Assembly: GCA_028718505.1 (NCBI GenBank)
Contig: JAQULQ010000001.1
Coordinates: 1 to 62,621 of the forward strand
From: Candidatus Colwellbacteria bacterium
GTDB lineage: Bacteria; Patescibacteriota; Minisyncoccia; UBA6257; Colwellbacteraceae
Length of the DNA stretch: 62,621 nucleotides
Direction: 5' to 3'
The translations under genes were made by a program, and so were the position numbers. The notes under the pieces were generated by a model. That model was not told where the DNA came from. It searched no databases and was given only the letters and a program-made list of their open reading frames with translations. The stretch's first letter is position 1; each line of letters starts with the position of its first letter. This document shows, in pieces, positions 17,318-26,008 of this stretch.

Positions 17318-17420
17318 GTCCACAGGCCAGTGTTGTCTTGTGTGGACTTGTGGTTTACACTTTGAATCAAGTGGGGAATTGTGGATAATTGTGTGGATAA
17401 CCCATCGTTTCTGTGGATAA
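17317..17420 (+). promoter_or_regulatory. cluster of GTGG direct repeats including three perfect TGTGGATAA boxes, overlapping a candidate mraZ promoter
   Basis: TGTGGATAA at 17380-17388, 17392-17400 and 17412-17420. Weaker TGTGGAC (17341), TGTGGTT (17349) and AGTGGGG (17370). Inverted pair GTCCACA/TGTGGAC. Promoter candidate TTGAAT (17362), 16-nt spacer, GATAAT (17384). Confidence 0.6.
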
Positions 17421-17424
17421 GTAT

Positions 17425-17859
17425 ATGTTTATAGGAGAGTTTCAACACAATATTGACGAAAAAGGCAGGGTAGCGGTCCCGGCTAAATTCAGACGCCAAA
17501 TATCCGGCGGCGCTATTATCACTCGAGGATTAGACGACTGCCTATTTATATTTACCAAAAAGGACTGGGAAGTATTCGCCCAGAAACTGATTACCACCCC
17601 GCCGCTATCTCAGAAAGATCCGAGGGCTTACGTTAGATTTTTTATGTCTGGTGCTTCAGACGTAGATCTTGACACTCAAGGCAGAGTCTTGATCCCCGAT
17701 TATCTTAGAAGTTTTGCCAAATTGAAAAAGTCCGCCAAAGTCATCGGAGTCTATAACCGAATGGAGATTTGGGATGAAGCTGCTTGGCGCCAATACAAAG
17801 CCAAGATAGAAGGATCCTCAGAAGAGATAGCTGAAAAGATGGCGGATCTGGGGATCTAG
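17425..17859 (+). CDS. mraZ: transcriptional regulator MraZ
   Basis: MFIGEFQHNIDEKGRVAVPAKFR plus a second SpoVT/AbrB repeat (DTQGRVLIP). ATG 17425 is preferred over track GTG 17413. Confidence 0.9.
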   Translation: MFIGEFQHNIDEKGRVAVPAKFRRQISGGAIITRGLDDCLFIFTKKDWEVFAQKLITTPPLSQKDPRAYVRFFMSGASDVDLDTQGRVLIPDYLRSFAKLKKSAKVIGVYNRMEIWDEAAWRQYKAKIEGSSEEIAEKMADLGI

Positions 17860-17860
17860 G

Positions 17861-18748
17861 ATGCATATTCCAGTTCTTTTAAATGAGGTGCTAGCGATAT
17901 TAGACCCCTCGAGAGGGCAAGTAATGATCGATGCAACGGTCGGAGGGGGCGGACATGGAATTCCGATCGCGCGCCGTTTGGCTCCCGGAGGTGTTTTCTT
18001 GGGTGTCGATTGGGATAAGAGCAGGATCGAGGAACTTGAACGCGCCATCGTAGAGGAAAAACTAGATCTGGATAGACTGATCTTGGTTTGCAGTAATTAC
18101 GCGGACCTGCCAACAGTTTTAGAACACGAAGGTCTAGCTAAAGCAGATGGGCTGCTCATGGATCTTGGTTTCTCATCCGATCAGCTTGGTGCCGGCAGGG
18201 GATTCAACTTTCAGGGCCCAGAAGAGCCGCTTCTGATGACCTATAACGAAAATGACCAGCCGGCCTACGCCGTTCTTTCTACCCTAGGAGAGAAGGACAT
18301 AGCCGAGATGATAAGAGATCTAAGCGATGAAAGATACGCCCGTCAAATAGCGAAAGCCATTGTGCGCACCCGGAGAGATAAGTCAATCTCCACCAATTGG
18401 GATTTAGCCAGAGTGGTAGAGCATGCTGTCCCTCGAAATTACGAGAGGGGGAGGATCAGCCCTGCCACCCGAACTTTTATGGCACTGAGGATCTTTACAA
18501 ATAAGGAATTAGAGAATCTAGGCAGGATCCTCGGTGAGCTGAAGATGATCATTAAACCCGGGGGACGTGCTGTCATCATCACTTACCACTCAAAGGAGGA
18601 TGCGATGGTTAAACATTTTTTTCGCGAATTAGCAGCACGCGGCGAAGCCGTACTTATCAATAAAAAGGTCGTTCAGCCCACAGGGGCAGAAGTAAACAGA
18701 AATCCGAGAAGCCGCAGCGCCAAGCTGAGGGCAATCGAAATAAAATGA
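17861..18748 (+). CDS. rsmH: 16S rRNA (cytosine1402-N4)-methyltransferase
   Basis: HIPVLLNEV, DATVGGGGH, and DLGFSSDQL motifs. Confidence 0.93.
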   Translation: MHIPVLLNEVLAILDPSRGQVMIDATVGGGGHGIPIARRLAPGGVFLGVDWDKSRIEELERAIVEEKLDLDRLILVCSNYADLPTVLEHEGLAKADGLLMDLGFSSDQLGAGRGFNFQGPEEPLLMTYNENDQPAYAVLSTLGEKDIAEMIRDLSDERYARQIAKAIVRTRRDKSISTNWDLARVVEHAVPRNYERGRISPATRTFMALRIFTNKELENLGRILGELKMIIKPGGRAVIITYHSKEDAMVKHFFRELAARGEAVLINKKVVQPTGAEVNRNPRSRSAKLRAIEIK

Positions 18749-19038
18749 CGACAATTAGATTTAATAAAGATAAAAAAACAAAAAAACTGGTAATTTTTTG
18801 CTGTTTCGGGGTCGGGGCTATGGTGTGCATGGTACTCGTTAGCTATATGAATCTCGTCGGGATTAAGCATGATCTCTTGGCACTCCGGTCTTCTTTAGAA
18901 CTAGCAAAAATTGAGAATGCTGAACTGAAGAATCAGTATTTTCAGCTGACCAACGCAGAGAGCCTAGAGAAACTGGCAGGAGAGATGGGATTAGTACAGG
19001 ATAAAAGTCCAGAATGGGTACTCGCATCACAGTTCTAG
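18745..19038 (+). CDS. FtsL-like cell division protein
   Basis: 97 aa with one TM helix followed by a coiled coil. Sits in the canonical slot between rsmH and ftsI. Confidence 0.6.
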   Translation: MTTIRFNKDKKTKKLVIFCCFGVGAMVCMVLVSYMNLVGIKHDLLALRSSLELAKIENAELKNQYFQLTNAESLEKLAGEMGLVQDKSPEWVLASQF

Positions 19039-20657
19039 TCGGCCTTTTTGCTCTTATCTACGGAACCCTTGGTTTTAGATTTTATGATATCCAAGTTGAC
19101 GAGGGTGATCGCTATGGAGCACAGGCTTCCGTCATTAATGCAACGGGCAACTTGCTTACTCCGCGGCGAGGGAGTATCTATTTTTCTGACCGCAATGGAG
19201 AGCAGGTGCCAGCCGCTATTAATAAAGCCTACCCCATCATCTATGCCGTTCCAGATGATGTAGAAGATGCAGGGACTGTAGCCAGAGCCCTAGCCCCCTA
19301 TATTACAGATAAAACGTATGAAGAGTTGGAGGAGATCCTTTCCAAGGAGGGTGATCCCTATGAACCGCTGATCAGAAGACCCAGCGAAGATCAATCTAAC
19401 TTTTTTGAGGATACAGATCTGCAGGGTATTAATATCGGGAAGGGATTGTCCAGGTATTATCCTTTGGGAAAGATCGGAGCGCACGTACTAGGCTTCGCTT
19501 CGACCAATGAATTAGTCTGGGACGGGCAATATGGAGTAGAGGACTATTATAATCAACGCCTCGGAGGAGTGGCGGGAGAATCATGGGGTGACCACATAAA
19601 GTCTCCTCTTCACGGACAGGATATACAGCTGACTATCAATGCCGATATTCAGGTGCGAGCTGAGGATATTCTCCAAAATCTCGTTGCTGATTATAGCGGT
19701 TCAGGAGGAACCGTAATCGTGGCAGAGCCGGATACTGGCAAAATACTGGCGATGGCCAGCGTTCCGAATTTTGATCCCAATCGATATGGGGAATCCGAGA
19801 TCAGCAATTTTATGAATCCCGCTGTTCAGTCGGTGTACGAACCAGGATCGATTTTTAAGGTCATAACCATGGCCGCTGCTTTGGATGCAGGCAAGATCAC
19901 CCCGGATACTACTTACTATGATTCCGGGGAACTGACCCTGAACGGGCATACGATCAAGAACTGGGATGAAAAAGCGAACGGCACCATTTCTATGACTAAC
20001 GTTATAGAACGTTCTGTGAACACTGGGGCTGCCTTTGCTGAGAGGCAGTTGGGGCATGAAAACTTTTATGAATATCTTGAAAGATTCGGGTTCAAAGACC
20101 CAACCGCTATTGATTTGCCGGGCGAGGTGGTTGGAAGTCTGCTTCCGCTTGAAGAGGACGTGAGAGATATTAATTATGCGACCGCTAGTTTTGGACAGGG
20201 GATCTCAACAACTCCGATCAGATTGCTGATGGCTATCTCGTCGATAGCCAATGGGGGGAACTTAATGCGTCCCTATGTTAATGCCGAGAACCAACCGGAA
20301 CGTTTAGGGAGGACTATCTCACGGGAGGCCAGCCGGCAGGTTGTGGATATGATGGTTTCTGCCGTAGACAAAGCGACCATTGCCCGGATCGATGGATACG
20401 CGGTCGCCGGTAAAACCGGTACAGCTCAAGTTCCGCGTTCTGGCGGTGGAGGATATGCTGATGATGAAGTCATTAATACTTATATTGGTTTTGCGCCCGC
20501 TTACGATCCGGAGTTCATTATTCTGATCCGCCTGGATAAACCATATGGAGCACCGTTAGCCGGCCTGACGGTGGTGCCGGCGTTTAGAGAATTAGCAGAA
20601 TTCGTTATCAATCACTACAATATTCCTCCCGATAGAATTGATATTGCAGGTTCTTAG
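19014..20657 (+). CDS. ftsI: penicillin-binding protein 2/FtsI-type transpeptidase
   Basis: N-terminal TM helix. Transpeptidase motifs SIFK (SxxK), SVN (SxN) and KTGT. Confidence 0.9.
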   Translation: MGTRITVLVGLFALIYGTLGFRFYDIQVDEGDRYGAQASVINATGNLLTPRRGSIYFSDRNGEQVPAAINKAYPIIYAVPDDVEDAGTVARALAPYITDKTYEELEEILSKEGDPYEPLIRRPSEDQSNFFEDTDLQGINIGKGLSRYYPLGKIGAHVLGFASTNELVWDGQYGVEDYYNQRLGGVAGESWGDHIKSPLHGQDIQLTINADIQVRAEDILQNLVADYSGSGGTVIVAEPDTGKILAMASVPNFDPNRYGESEISNFMNPAVQSVYEPGSIFKVITMAAALDAGKITPDTTYYDSGELTLNGHTIKNWDEKANGTISMTNVIERSVNTGAAFAERQLGHENFYEYLERFGFKDPTAIDLPGEVVGSLLPLEEDVRDINYATASFGQGISTTPIRLLMAISSIANGGNLMRPYVNAENQPERLGRTISREASRQVVDMMVSAVDKATIARIDGYAVAGKTGTAQVPRSGGGGYADDEVINTYIGFAPAYDPEFIILIRLDKPYGAPLAGLTVVPAFRELAEFVINHYNIPPDRIDIAGS

Positions 20658-20798
20658 AGTACCTTTCTGAACATTTTTCGGAGATGGCTCTGCTCGTCGT
20701 AGTATAACGCATTGAAAAGGATGGTGTTTTATAATAGATTTGAGAGCGTTGATGGGATTTACCCCTCTATGCTCTTGGTGTTGGCCGGAATAGAGGAG

Positions 20799-20870
20799 GG
20801 CCCTGTCGTCTAGAGGCTAGGACGCCGCCCTCTCACGGCGGAAACCGGGGTTCGATTCCCCGTGGGGTCA
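20799..20870 (+). tRNA. tRNA-Glu (CTC)
   Basis: Acceptor GGCCCTG/TGGGGTC (three G-U pairs), GTCTAGAGG D arm, anticodon arm CCGCC-CTCTCAC-GGCGG, T arm CGGGG-TTCGATT-CCCCG. Confidence 0.85.
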
Positions 20871-20975
20871 CACTTCGATTCGCGATGCTCACTCAGTGCG
20901 AGCATTCGCATCGAGGTTAGGAATAAGGGAATCTTTTGTTCTGAGCGTAGTCGAAGGAATTCCCCGTGGAGTCAC
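20871..20975 (+). repeat. structured module attached to the tRNA-Glu 3' end, ending in a duplicate of the tRNA T-arm/acceptor 3' strand
   Basis: 20855-20871 ATTCCCCGTGGGGTCAC is repeated at 20959-20975 ATTCCCCGTGGAGTCAC. Same CACTTCGA start, same CTCAGTGC loop offset (+21) and same GGGAATCT box as 13436-13541. Confidence 0.7.
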
Positions 20976-20980
20976 CAGAA

Positions 20981-21952
20981 ATGATGGAAAAAAATATTCG
21001 TGAATATGCCCGGCAGTTCGCCTATGAACCCGAGGTTAAGAATGCCGATAAGCTCGGTGAGTTTGAAACCGTTGTGATCGGGGGTATGGGTGGTTCTGGG
21101 CTGGTGGCCGGCGTCTTAAGGGCTATTAAACCCTCCCTGGATGTGGCCGTCCATCATGAGTATGGCTTGCCTCAATTCGCCGATAAAGACAAAGAAAAGC
21201 GTCTTTTTATAGCTATCTCACATTCTGGCAACACCGAAGAAGTCGTTGATTTTATGAACACGGCCGTCAGTCAAGGACTGCAGACTGCTGTCGTTGCATC
21301 CCACGGAAAGCTGCTTGAACTAGCTCAGCAAAATGGCCTACCCCATATCACCCTCCCCGCTGACGATATTCAGCCGCGCATGGCACTAGGCTATATGCTG
21401 CGCGCTGTTCTAAAACTGATCAAAGAAGAAGATCTTTTCTCAGAGACGGGTAAACTTACAGATAACCTGAAACCGACGGAGCTTGAACCGCACGGAAGGA
21501 GGTTGGCGGAGGCGGTCATTAATAGAATACCCATTATCTATGCCTCCCGTTCTAATCAAATTCTTGCCTATAACTGGAAAATAAGGTTTAACGAAACTGC
21601 AAAAGTCCCCGCGTTCTTTAATACCTTTCCCGAGTTAAACCATAACGAGATACAGGGCTTCGGTACCCACGAGGGCAGCCAAGTCTTGTCTGAGAAAATG
21701 AGCTTCATTTTTTTGGAAGACGACTCAGACCACCAACGTATTAAAAGGAGAATGGACATTACGGCTGCCATGTATAAGAAATTTGGACTGCCAGTGGAAC
21801 GTATCGGTCTTGAGGGCGGAACTAGGCTGGAGAAGATCTTTAATACGATCATATTGGGGGACTGGACGGCCTATCACGCGGCTCTGAAATATGGTGCTGA
21901 ACTGGAATCTGTTCCTGGAATCGACGAATTTAAGCGAGCCCTCGGTGCTTAA
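20981..21952 (+). CDS. bifunctional phosphoglucose/phosphomannose isomerase (SIS domain)
   Basis: SIS motif VIGGMGGSGL, ISHSGNTEE, and C-terminal FPELNHNE motif of the PGI/PMI family. Start is ATG 20981 or GTG 20966. Confidence 0.8.
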   Translation: MMEKNIREYARQFAYEPEVKNADKLGEFETVVIGGMGGSGLVAGVLRAIKPSLDVAVHHEYGLPQFADKDKEKRLFIAISHSGNTEEVVDFMNTAVSQGLQTAVVASHGKLLELAQQNGLPHITLPADDIQPRMALGYMLRAVLKLIKEEDLFSETGKLTDNLKPTELEPHGRRLAEAVINRIPIIYASRSNQILAYNWKIRFNETAKVPAFFNTFPELNHNEIQGFGTHEGSQVLSEKMSFIFLEDDSDHQRIKRRMDITAAMYKKFGLPVERIGLEGGTRLEKIFNTIILGDWTAYHAALKYGAELESVPGIDEFKRALGA

Positions 21953-22277
21953 AGACAAATTTATAATTTATATTTTTAGTCTCAGCCTTGCCCCTTTGGT
22001 TATCAGCGGACTGGTAGCCTTTTTTGGTTTGCCGATCGGTGCAGGCAATTTGATCCTCCGTTTTGATAACCTGCACAACGAAGTGACCTGGGCGGGCAGT
22101 GTTAGCACTTTTTATGGGATCCTGGGGGTTGTATTGGTTATCTCCGCTATTAATTTCGCTCTTGCTAAGCATATCTATGAAAAAGAAAAGTTCATATCGT
22201 ATGCTTTTGCTGTTGGCACGGGCATGATCACCCTTCTTTTTCTCATTGCCGCCGGCTCGATAGCCTTCATTAACTAA
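21945..22277 (+). CDS. hypothetical small membrane protein
   Basis: Three to four hydrophobic helices. The track start 21891 overlaps pgi by 62 nt, so GTG 21945 is proposed. Confidence 0.45.
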   Translation: MLKDKFIIYIFSLSLAPLVISGLVAFFGLPIGAGNLILRFDNLHNEVTWAGSVSTFYGILGVVLVISAINFALAKHIYEKEKFISYAFAVGTGMITLLFLIAAGSIAFIN

Positions 22278-22315
22278 GCTTTCGTTTTTTTGCGGTCACG
22301 CAGACAGCTAAAGGG

Positions 22316-22344
22316 TTGACCAGCCGTTCAGTTAAACCTATGAT
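22316..22344 (+). promoter_or_regulatory. sigma70-type promoter for rplU
   Basis: TTGACC (22316-22321), 17-nt spacer, TATGAT (22339-22344). ATG lies only 9 nt after the -10 element. Confidence 0.5.
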
Positions 22345-22353
22345 ATCTCCGTT

Positions 22354-22668
22354 ATGTTCGCGGTAATTGAGACCGGCGGCAAACAGCATAGGGTCGCCGT
22401 CGGTGATAAAATTAAAGTAGAGAAACTGACTGCTGATAAAAACGGTATCCTTATCTTTGATAAGGTTCTCCTGATCGATGACGGTGGAAAAACCGTGTTG
22501 GGCACACCCTATATAGCAAGGGCTGGGGTTGAGGCAAAAATAGTGGGGGAAGGCAGGCTAAAAAAGGTCACGGTTTTTAAGATCAAACCCAAAAAAAGAT
22601 ATCGGAAGAAGGCTGGACACAGGCAGTCCTATACTCAGGTTGAAATAACAAAAATAAGCGGTTCCTAA
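22354..22668 (+). CDS. rplU: 50S ribosomal protein L21
   Basis: MFAVIETGGKQHRVAVGDKIKVEKL is the canonical L21 start. Confidence 0.93.
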   Translation: MFAVIETGGKQHRVAVGDKIKVEKLTADKNGILIFDKVLLIDDGGKTVLGTPYIARAGVEAKIVGEGRLKKVTVFKIKPKKRYRKKAGHRQSYTQVEITKISGS

Positions 22669-22685
22669 GAGAACCGCTTATTTTT
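22655..22685 (+). terminator. rho-independent terminator overlapping the rplU stop
   Basis: TAAGCGGTTC-ctaaga-GAACCGCTTA followed by TTTTT. Confidence 0.75.
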
Positions 22686-22690
22686 GTGCA

Positions 22691-22699
22691 TGCTATAAT
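22691..22699 (+). promoter_or_regulatory. extended -10 promoter element for cysS
   Basis: TGcTATAAT at 22691-22699. The cysS ATG is at 22709. Confidence 0.45.
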
Positions 22700-22708
22700 C
22701 TGAATGCG

Positions 22709-24103
22709 ATGCTGAAGATATATAACACTCTAACTAGAAAAAAAGAAGTCTTCAGGCCGGTCAACAGCGGATCGGTCGGGTTATATACATGCGGGCCCAC
22801 CGTCTATGATATAGCTCATATCGGGAATTTGAGAACGTATATTTTCGAAGACCTACTTAGACGCACTTTGGAGTTTCTGGGATATCGTGTCAGGCACGTG
22901 ATGAATATTACCGATGTTGAAGACAAGATAATTAAGAAAGCAAAAGCCAATAAGCAGACCATTCAGGAAATTACGAAGCCGTATACCAAAGAGTTCCTGC
23001 GCGATATTCGAGAACTTAATATTGAATCCGCCCACTATTATCCAACTGCGACCAGCCACGTACGGGAAATGGTGAAGTTTATAGTGGGGCTGAAGGAAAA
23101 GAGCTTTGCCTACGAAGGCAAAGACGGGTCTGTCTATTTTGATATTTCTAAATTTAAACCCTACGGTAGGTTGGTTGGCCTCAAAAAAATTAAAGTGCGG
23201 GATGGGGCCCGCGTTGATGCAGATGAATATGGGAAAGATGAAGCCAGAGACTTTGTTCTTTGGAAGGCAAAGAAAGGTGATGAGCCAGGGTGGAAAAGTC
23301 CCTGGGGAGAAGGACGGCCTGGCTGGCATATAGAATGTTCGGTAATGAGTATGAAATATTTGGGTAAAACGTTCGATATCCATACAGGCGGTGTCGATAA
23401 TATCTTTCCGCATCACGAGAATGAAATAGCTCAGTCAGAGGCGGCCACTGGCCAGAAGTTCGTTAATTATTGGGTGCACGGCGAGCATCTTCTGGTCAAT
23501 AGTGAAAAAATGGCCAAGCGCTCGGGTAATTTTTATACTTTGCGCGATATCAAAGAGCGCGGATTGTTGCCCAATGCCTTCAGATATTTGGCCTTGAGCG
23601 CTCACTATCGCTCTAAATTGAATTTTACTTGGCGTTCACTAGAGGGCGCCGATAATGCTATTTGGAACCTTTGGCGGGAATTGGGAAGAGTCAAATTTAT
23701 GGGGAATCGGGAGCCGATCCGAACCAAAAACAGAAAGATAAATGAGTATCGCAAGGTTTTTCGGGCAGCCATAGAGGATGATCTTGACACTCCGAAGGCT
23801 CTCTCGATCCTGCGCCGTATTATCACGGACACAGAAATCGACTCGGCAGCTAAACGGTCTTTGTCTTTTGAGATGGATAAAGTTTTCGGTCTAAACCTGC
23901 ATTACTCGGATGAGCTCGCTAAAATACCGCTTCGCGTGAGGACGTTGGCTGTAAGCCGGGAGCTAATGAGGCGCAATCAACAGTTTGTTAAGGCCGACGG
24001 TTTAAGAAATAAAGTGAAATCGTTAGGATATGACATAGAAGATACATCATGCGGACCCTTCATATGGCCAAACAGAAAGTTAAAATCCCACCCCAAGATC
24101 TAG
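22709..24103 (+). CDS. cysS: cysteinyl-tRNA synthetase
   Basis: HIGH-type AHIGNLRT and KMSKS-type KMAKRSGN. Zinc-site C...C residues near the N-terminus. Confidence 0.93.
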   Translation: MLKIYNTLTRKKEVFRPVNSGSVGLYTCGPTVYDIAHIGNLRTYIFEDLLRRTLEFLGYRVRHVMNITDVEDKIIKKAKANKQTIQEITKPYTKEFLRDIRELNIESAHYYPTATSHVREMVKFIVGLKEKSFAYEGKDGSVYFDISKFKPYGRLVGLKKIKVRDGARVDADEYGKDEARDFVLWKAKKGDEPGWKSPWGEGRPGWHIECSVMSMKYLGKTFDIHTGGVDNIFPHHENEIAQSEAATGQKFVNYWVHGEHLLVNSEKMAKRSGNFYTLRDIKERGLLPNAFRYLALSAHYRSKLNFTWRSLEGADNAIWNLWRELGRVKFMGNREPIRTKNRKINEYRKVFRAAIEDDLDTPKALSILRRIITDTEIDSAAKRSLSFEMDKVFGLNLHYSDELAKIPLRVRTLAVSRELMRRNQQFVKADGLRNKVKSLGYDIEDTSCGPFIWPNRKLKSHPKI

Positions 24104-25428
24104 AGGCGGAACAGTCGGTCCTCGGTGCCTTGATGCTGGACAAAAATGCGGTTGCCTCTGTGGCCGACCTATTGGAGTCTAACGATTTTTATAAAAAGGC
24201 TCACGGAGTGATTTTTGAAGCAATCATTAGGCTTTGGGATAAACAAGAGCCAATAGATATTCTGAGCGTTACGTCCGAACTGAAAAAGAAAAACCAACTG
24301 AAGGAGGTCGGAGGCTCCAGTTATCTGACAGACCTGGTTAATTCGGTGCCGACGGCATCCCACATTCTTCATTACGGTAAGATCGTAAAAGAGAAGCGCG
24401 TTCTTCGCGACCTGATAAATATATCTGCCAATATTACCGAAGAAGCATTCTCTTCTGAGGGAGAAATCGATGATTTTATGGATGATGTTGAGAAAAAAAT
24501 CTTCTCCATTTCTCAGCAATCGATTTCCAAGAACTTCCTACCTTTAAGAGATGAGCTTCAAAAGGCGTATGAGCGCATAGAAAGACTGCATGAGGGTGGC
24601 GGGGAAAAATATCGGGGGGTGCCGACCGGATTCCGCGACCTGGATTCCATTTTATCTGGATTGCAGAGATCCGACCTGATTATTGTGGGTGCCCGGCCGT
24701 CTTACGGTAAAACCACCTTCGCATTGGACATTGCCCGTTATGTGGCAGTCGAGCTTAAACAGCCGGTCGGCGTGTTCTCGCTTGAGATGAGTCGAGAACA
24801 AGTTATAGACAGAATGATCGCCGCTGAGGCTCAAGTTGATCTATGGAAACTGAGGACCGGCCGGCTTAAAGATGATCTAGATTTTGAGATGATCCAGGCG
24901 GCTCTGCATAAACTTTCGGAAGCGCCGCTTTTTGTAGACGACACACCTTCACCCACAGTGGTGCAAATGCGTGCTATGGCTAGACGTCTCCAGGCAGAAC
25001 ACAAGGGATTAGCACTGCTGGTGGCCGATTATCTTCAGCTTATTCAGCCGCGCAAAGGCATAGATAACAGTGTTCAGCAGGTAACGGAGATCTCTCGCGG
25101 CCTCAAAGGTTTAGCCAGAGAGTTAAATGTCCCCATCCTGGCGGTTTCGCAGCTCTCAAGGGGCGTTGAACAGCGGGAAGTAAAGATTCCCCGCCTGTCA
25201 GACCTTAGAGAATCGGGCTCTATCGAGCAGGACGCGGATGTTGTGCTTTTTGTACATCCTAAAGATCGGGGACGCGCCGATATACCGGCGGAAGACGAGA
25301 ATATTACAGAGATAATTATAGCTAAACACAGAAACGGTCCCTTAGGCACGGTTCAGCTCTATTTCGATAAGCAGAAAGTTACCTTCCGTAGTCTGGAGAA
25401 GTCCCATGAAAGTAACGAAGGGAGCTAG
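24064..25428 (+). CDS. dnaB: replicative DNA helicase DnaB
   Basis: PPQDLEAEQSVLGALML N-terminus, Walker A GARPSYGKTTFAL, and the RecA-like C-terminal domain. Normal length, so no intein. Confidence 0.93.
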   Translation: MAKQKVKIPPQDLEAEQSVLGALMLDKNAVASVADLLESNDFYKKAHGVIFEAIIRLWDKQEPIDILSVTSELKKKNQLKEVGGSSYLTDLVNSVPTASHILHYGKIVKEKRVLRDLINISANITEEAFSSEGEIDDFMDDVEKKIFSISQQSISKNFLPLRDELQKAYERIERLHEGGGEKYRGVPTGFRDLDSILSGLQRSDLIIVGARPSYGKTTFALDIARYVAVELKQPVGVFSLEMSREQVIDRMIAAEAQVDLWKLRTGRLKDDLDFEMIQAALHKLSEAPLFVDDTPSPTVVQMRAMARRLQAEHKGLALLVADYLQLIQPRKGIDNSVQQVTEISRGLKGLARELNVPILAVSQLSRGVEQREVKIPRLSDLRESGSIEQDADVVLFVHPKDRGRADIPAEDENITEIIIAKHRNGPLGTVQLYFDKQKVTFRSLEKSHESNEGS

Positions 25429-26008
25429 AAAACTAGTAGAGATCTTATCAGCCTTGCCGGGTATCGGTCCGCGTCAGGCGATCAGGCTGAGTTTCCATTT
25501 GATTCGACAGGGGCAGGGATTCCAAAAAGAACTTGGGGACGCCGTCAGAGAACTCGAAGCCGTTAAGATATGTAGTCAGTGTTTTTATGTCCACGAGAAT
25601 GCTGGAAAGCTTTGCGATATCTGTGCGGACGCTGGACGTGATCACTCTACGATCGCGATTGTAGAAAAAGAAACCGACCTGATGTCTCTGGAAAACACAG
25701 GTAAATATCGGGGCAGGTACTTGGTTCTGGGTGAATTCGGTCGGGCGGGTATTCTTGAGCCGGATCAAAAGTTAAAGCTAAAAAGCTTGAAGACGTGGAT
25801 AGCTAAAGCCTGTCAGGGATCAGCGCGGGAGATCATTATTGCTCTTAACCCCAATACTCAGAACGATTTCGTGGCCAGTCAGATCGGCCACGAGCTTAAA
25901 GGATTGGCTGCCAAAACAACGCGGTTGGGGGTGGGTATTCCCTCTGGAGGCGAGATAGAGTTCGCGGATGAAGAAACTTTAGGGGGAGCCCTCAAGGGCA
26001 GGGGTTAA
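25406..26008 (+). CDS. recR: recombination protein RecR
   Basis: LPGIGPRQA helix-hairpin-helix, CSQC...CDIC zinc finger and a Toprim domain. Confidence 0.92.
   Translation: MKVTKGARKLVEILSALPGIGPRQAIRLSFHLIRQGQGFQKELGDAVRELEAVKICSQCFYVHENAGKLCDICADAGRDHSTIAIVEKETDLMSLENTGKYRGRYLVLGEFGRAGILEPDQKLKLKSLKTWIAKACQGSAREIIIALNPNTQNDFVASQIGHELKGLAAKTTRLGVGIPSGGEIEFADEETLGGALKGRG

Noticed and set aside
17317-17420. Chromosomal replication origin (oriC) at the DnaA-box cluster.
   Set aside because: There is only about 110 nt of intergenic DNA and no AT-rich unwinding element. There is no dnaA/dnaN adjacency and no change of gene orientation at this site. Promoter or operator control of mraZ is more parsimonious. 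This is kept as a regulatory finding instead.
16909-17499. 196-aa minus-strand ORF covering rplL, its terminator and the mraZ upstream boxes.
   Set aside because: It is antisense to a canonical L7/L12 gene and spans a terminator hairpin. It has no motifs.
20658-20798. Promoter TTGAAA/TATAAT upstream of tRNA-Glu.
   Set aside because: The spacer between the two hexamers is only about 12 nt, too short for a sigma70 promoter, so it is not reported as a feature.
22853-23416. 187-aa minus-strand ORF inside cysS, and similar antisense ORFs inside dnaJ (29610-30152, 30149-30622).
   Set aside because: They are antisense to well-supported conserved genes and have no independent support.
2639-25428. 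Inteins in dnaE or dnaB.
   Set aside because: Both proteins have ordinary lengths (1063 and about 454 aa) and uninterrupted conserved motifs.
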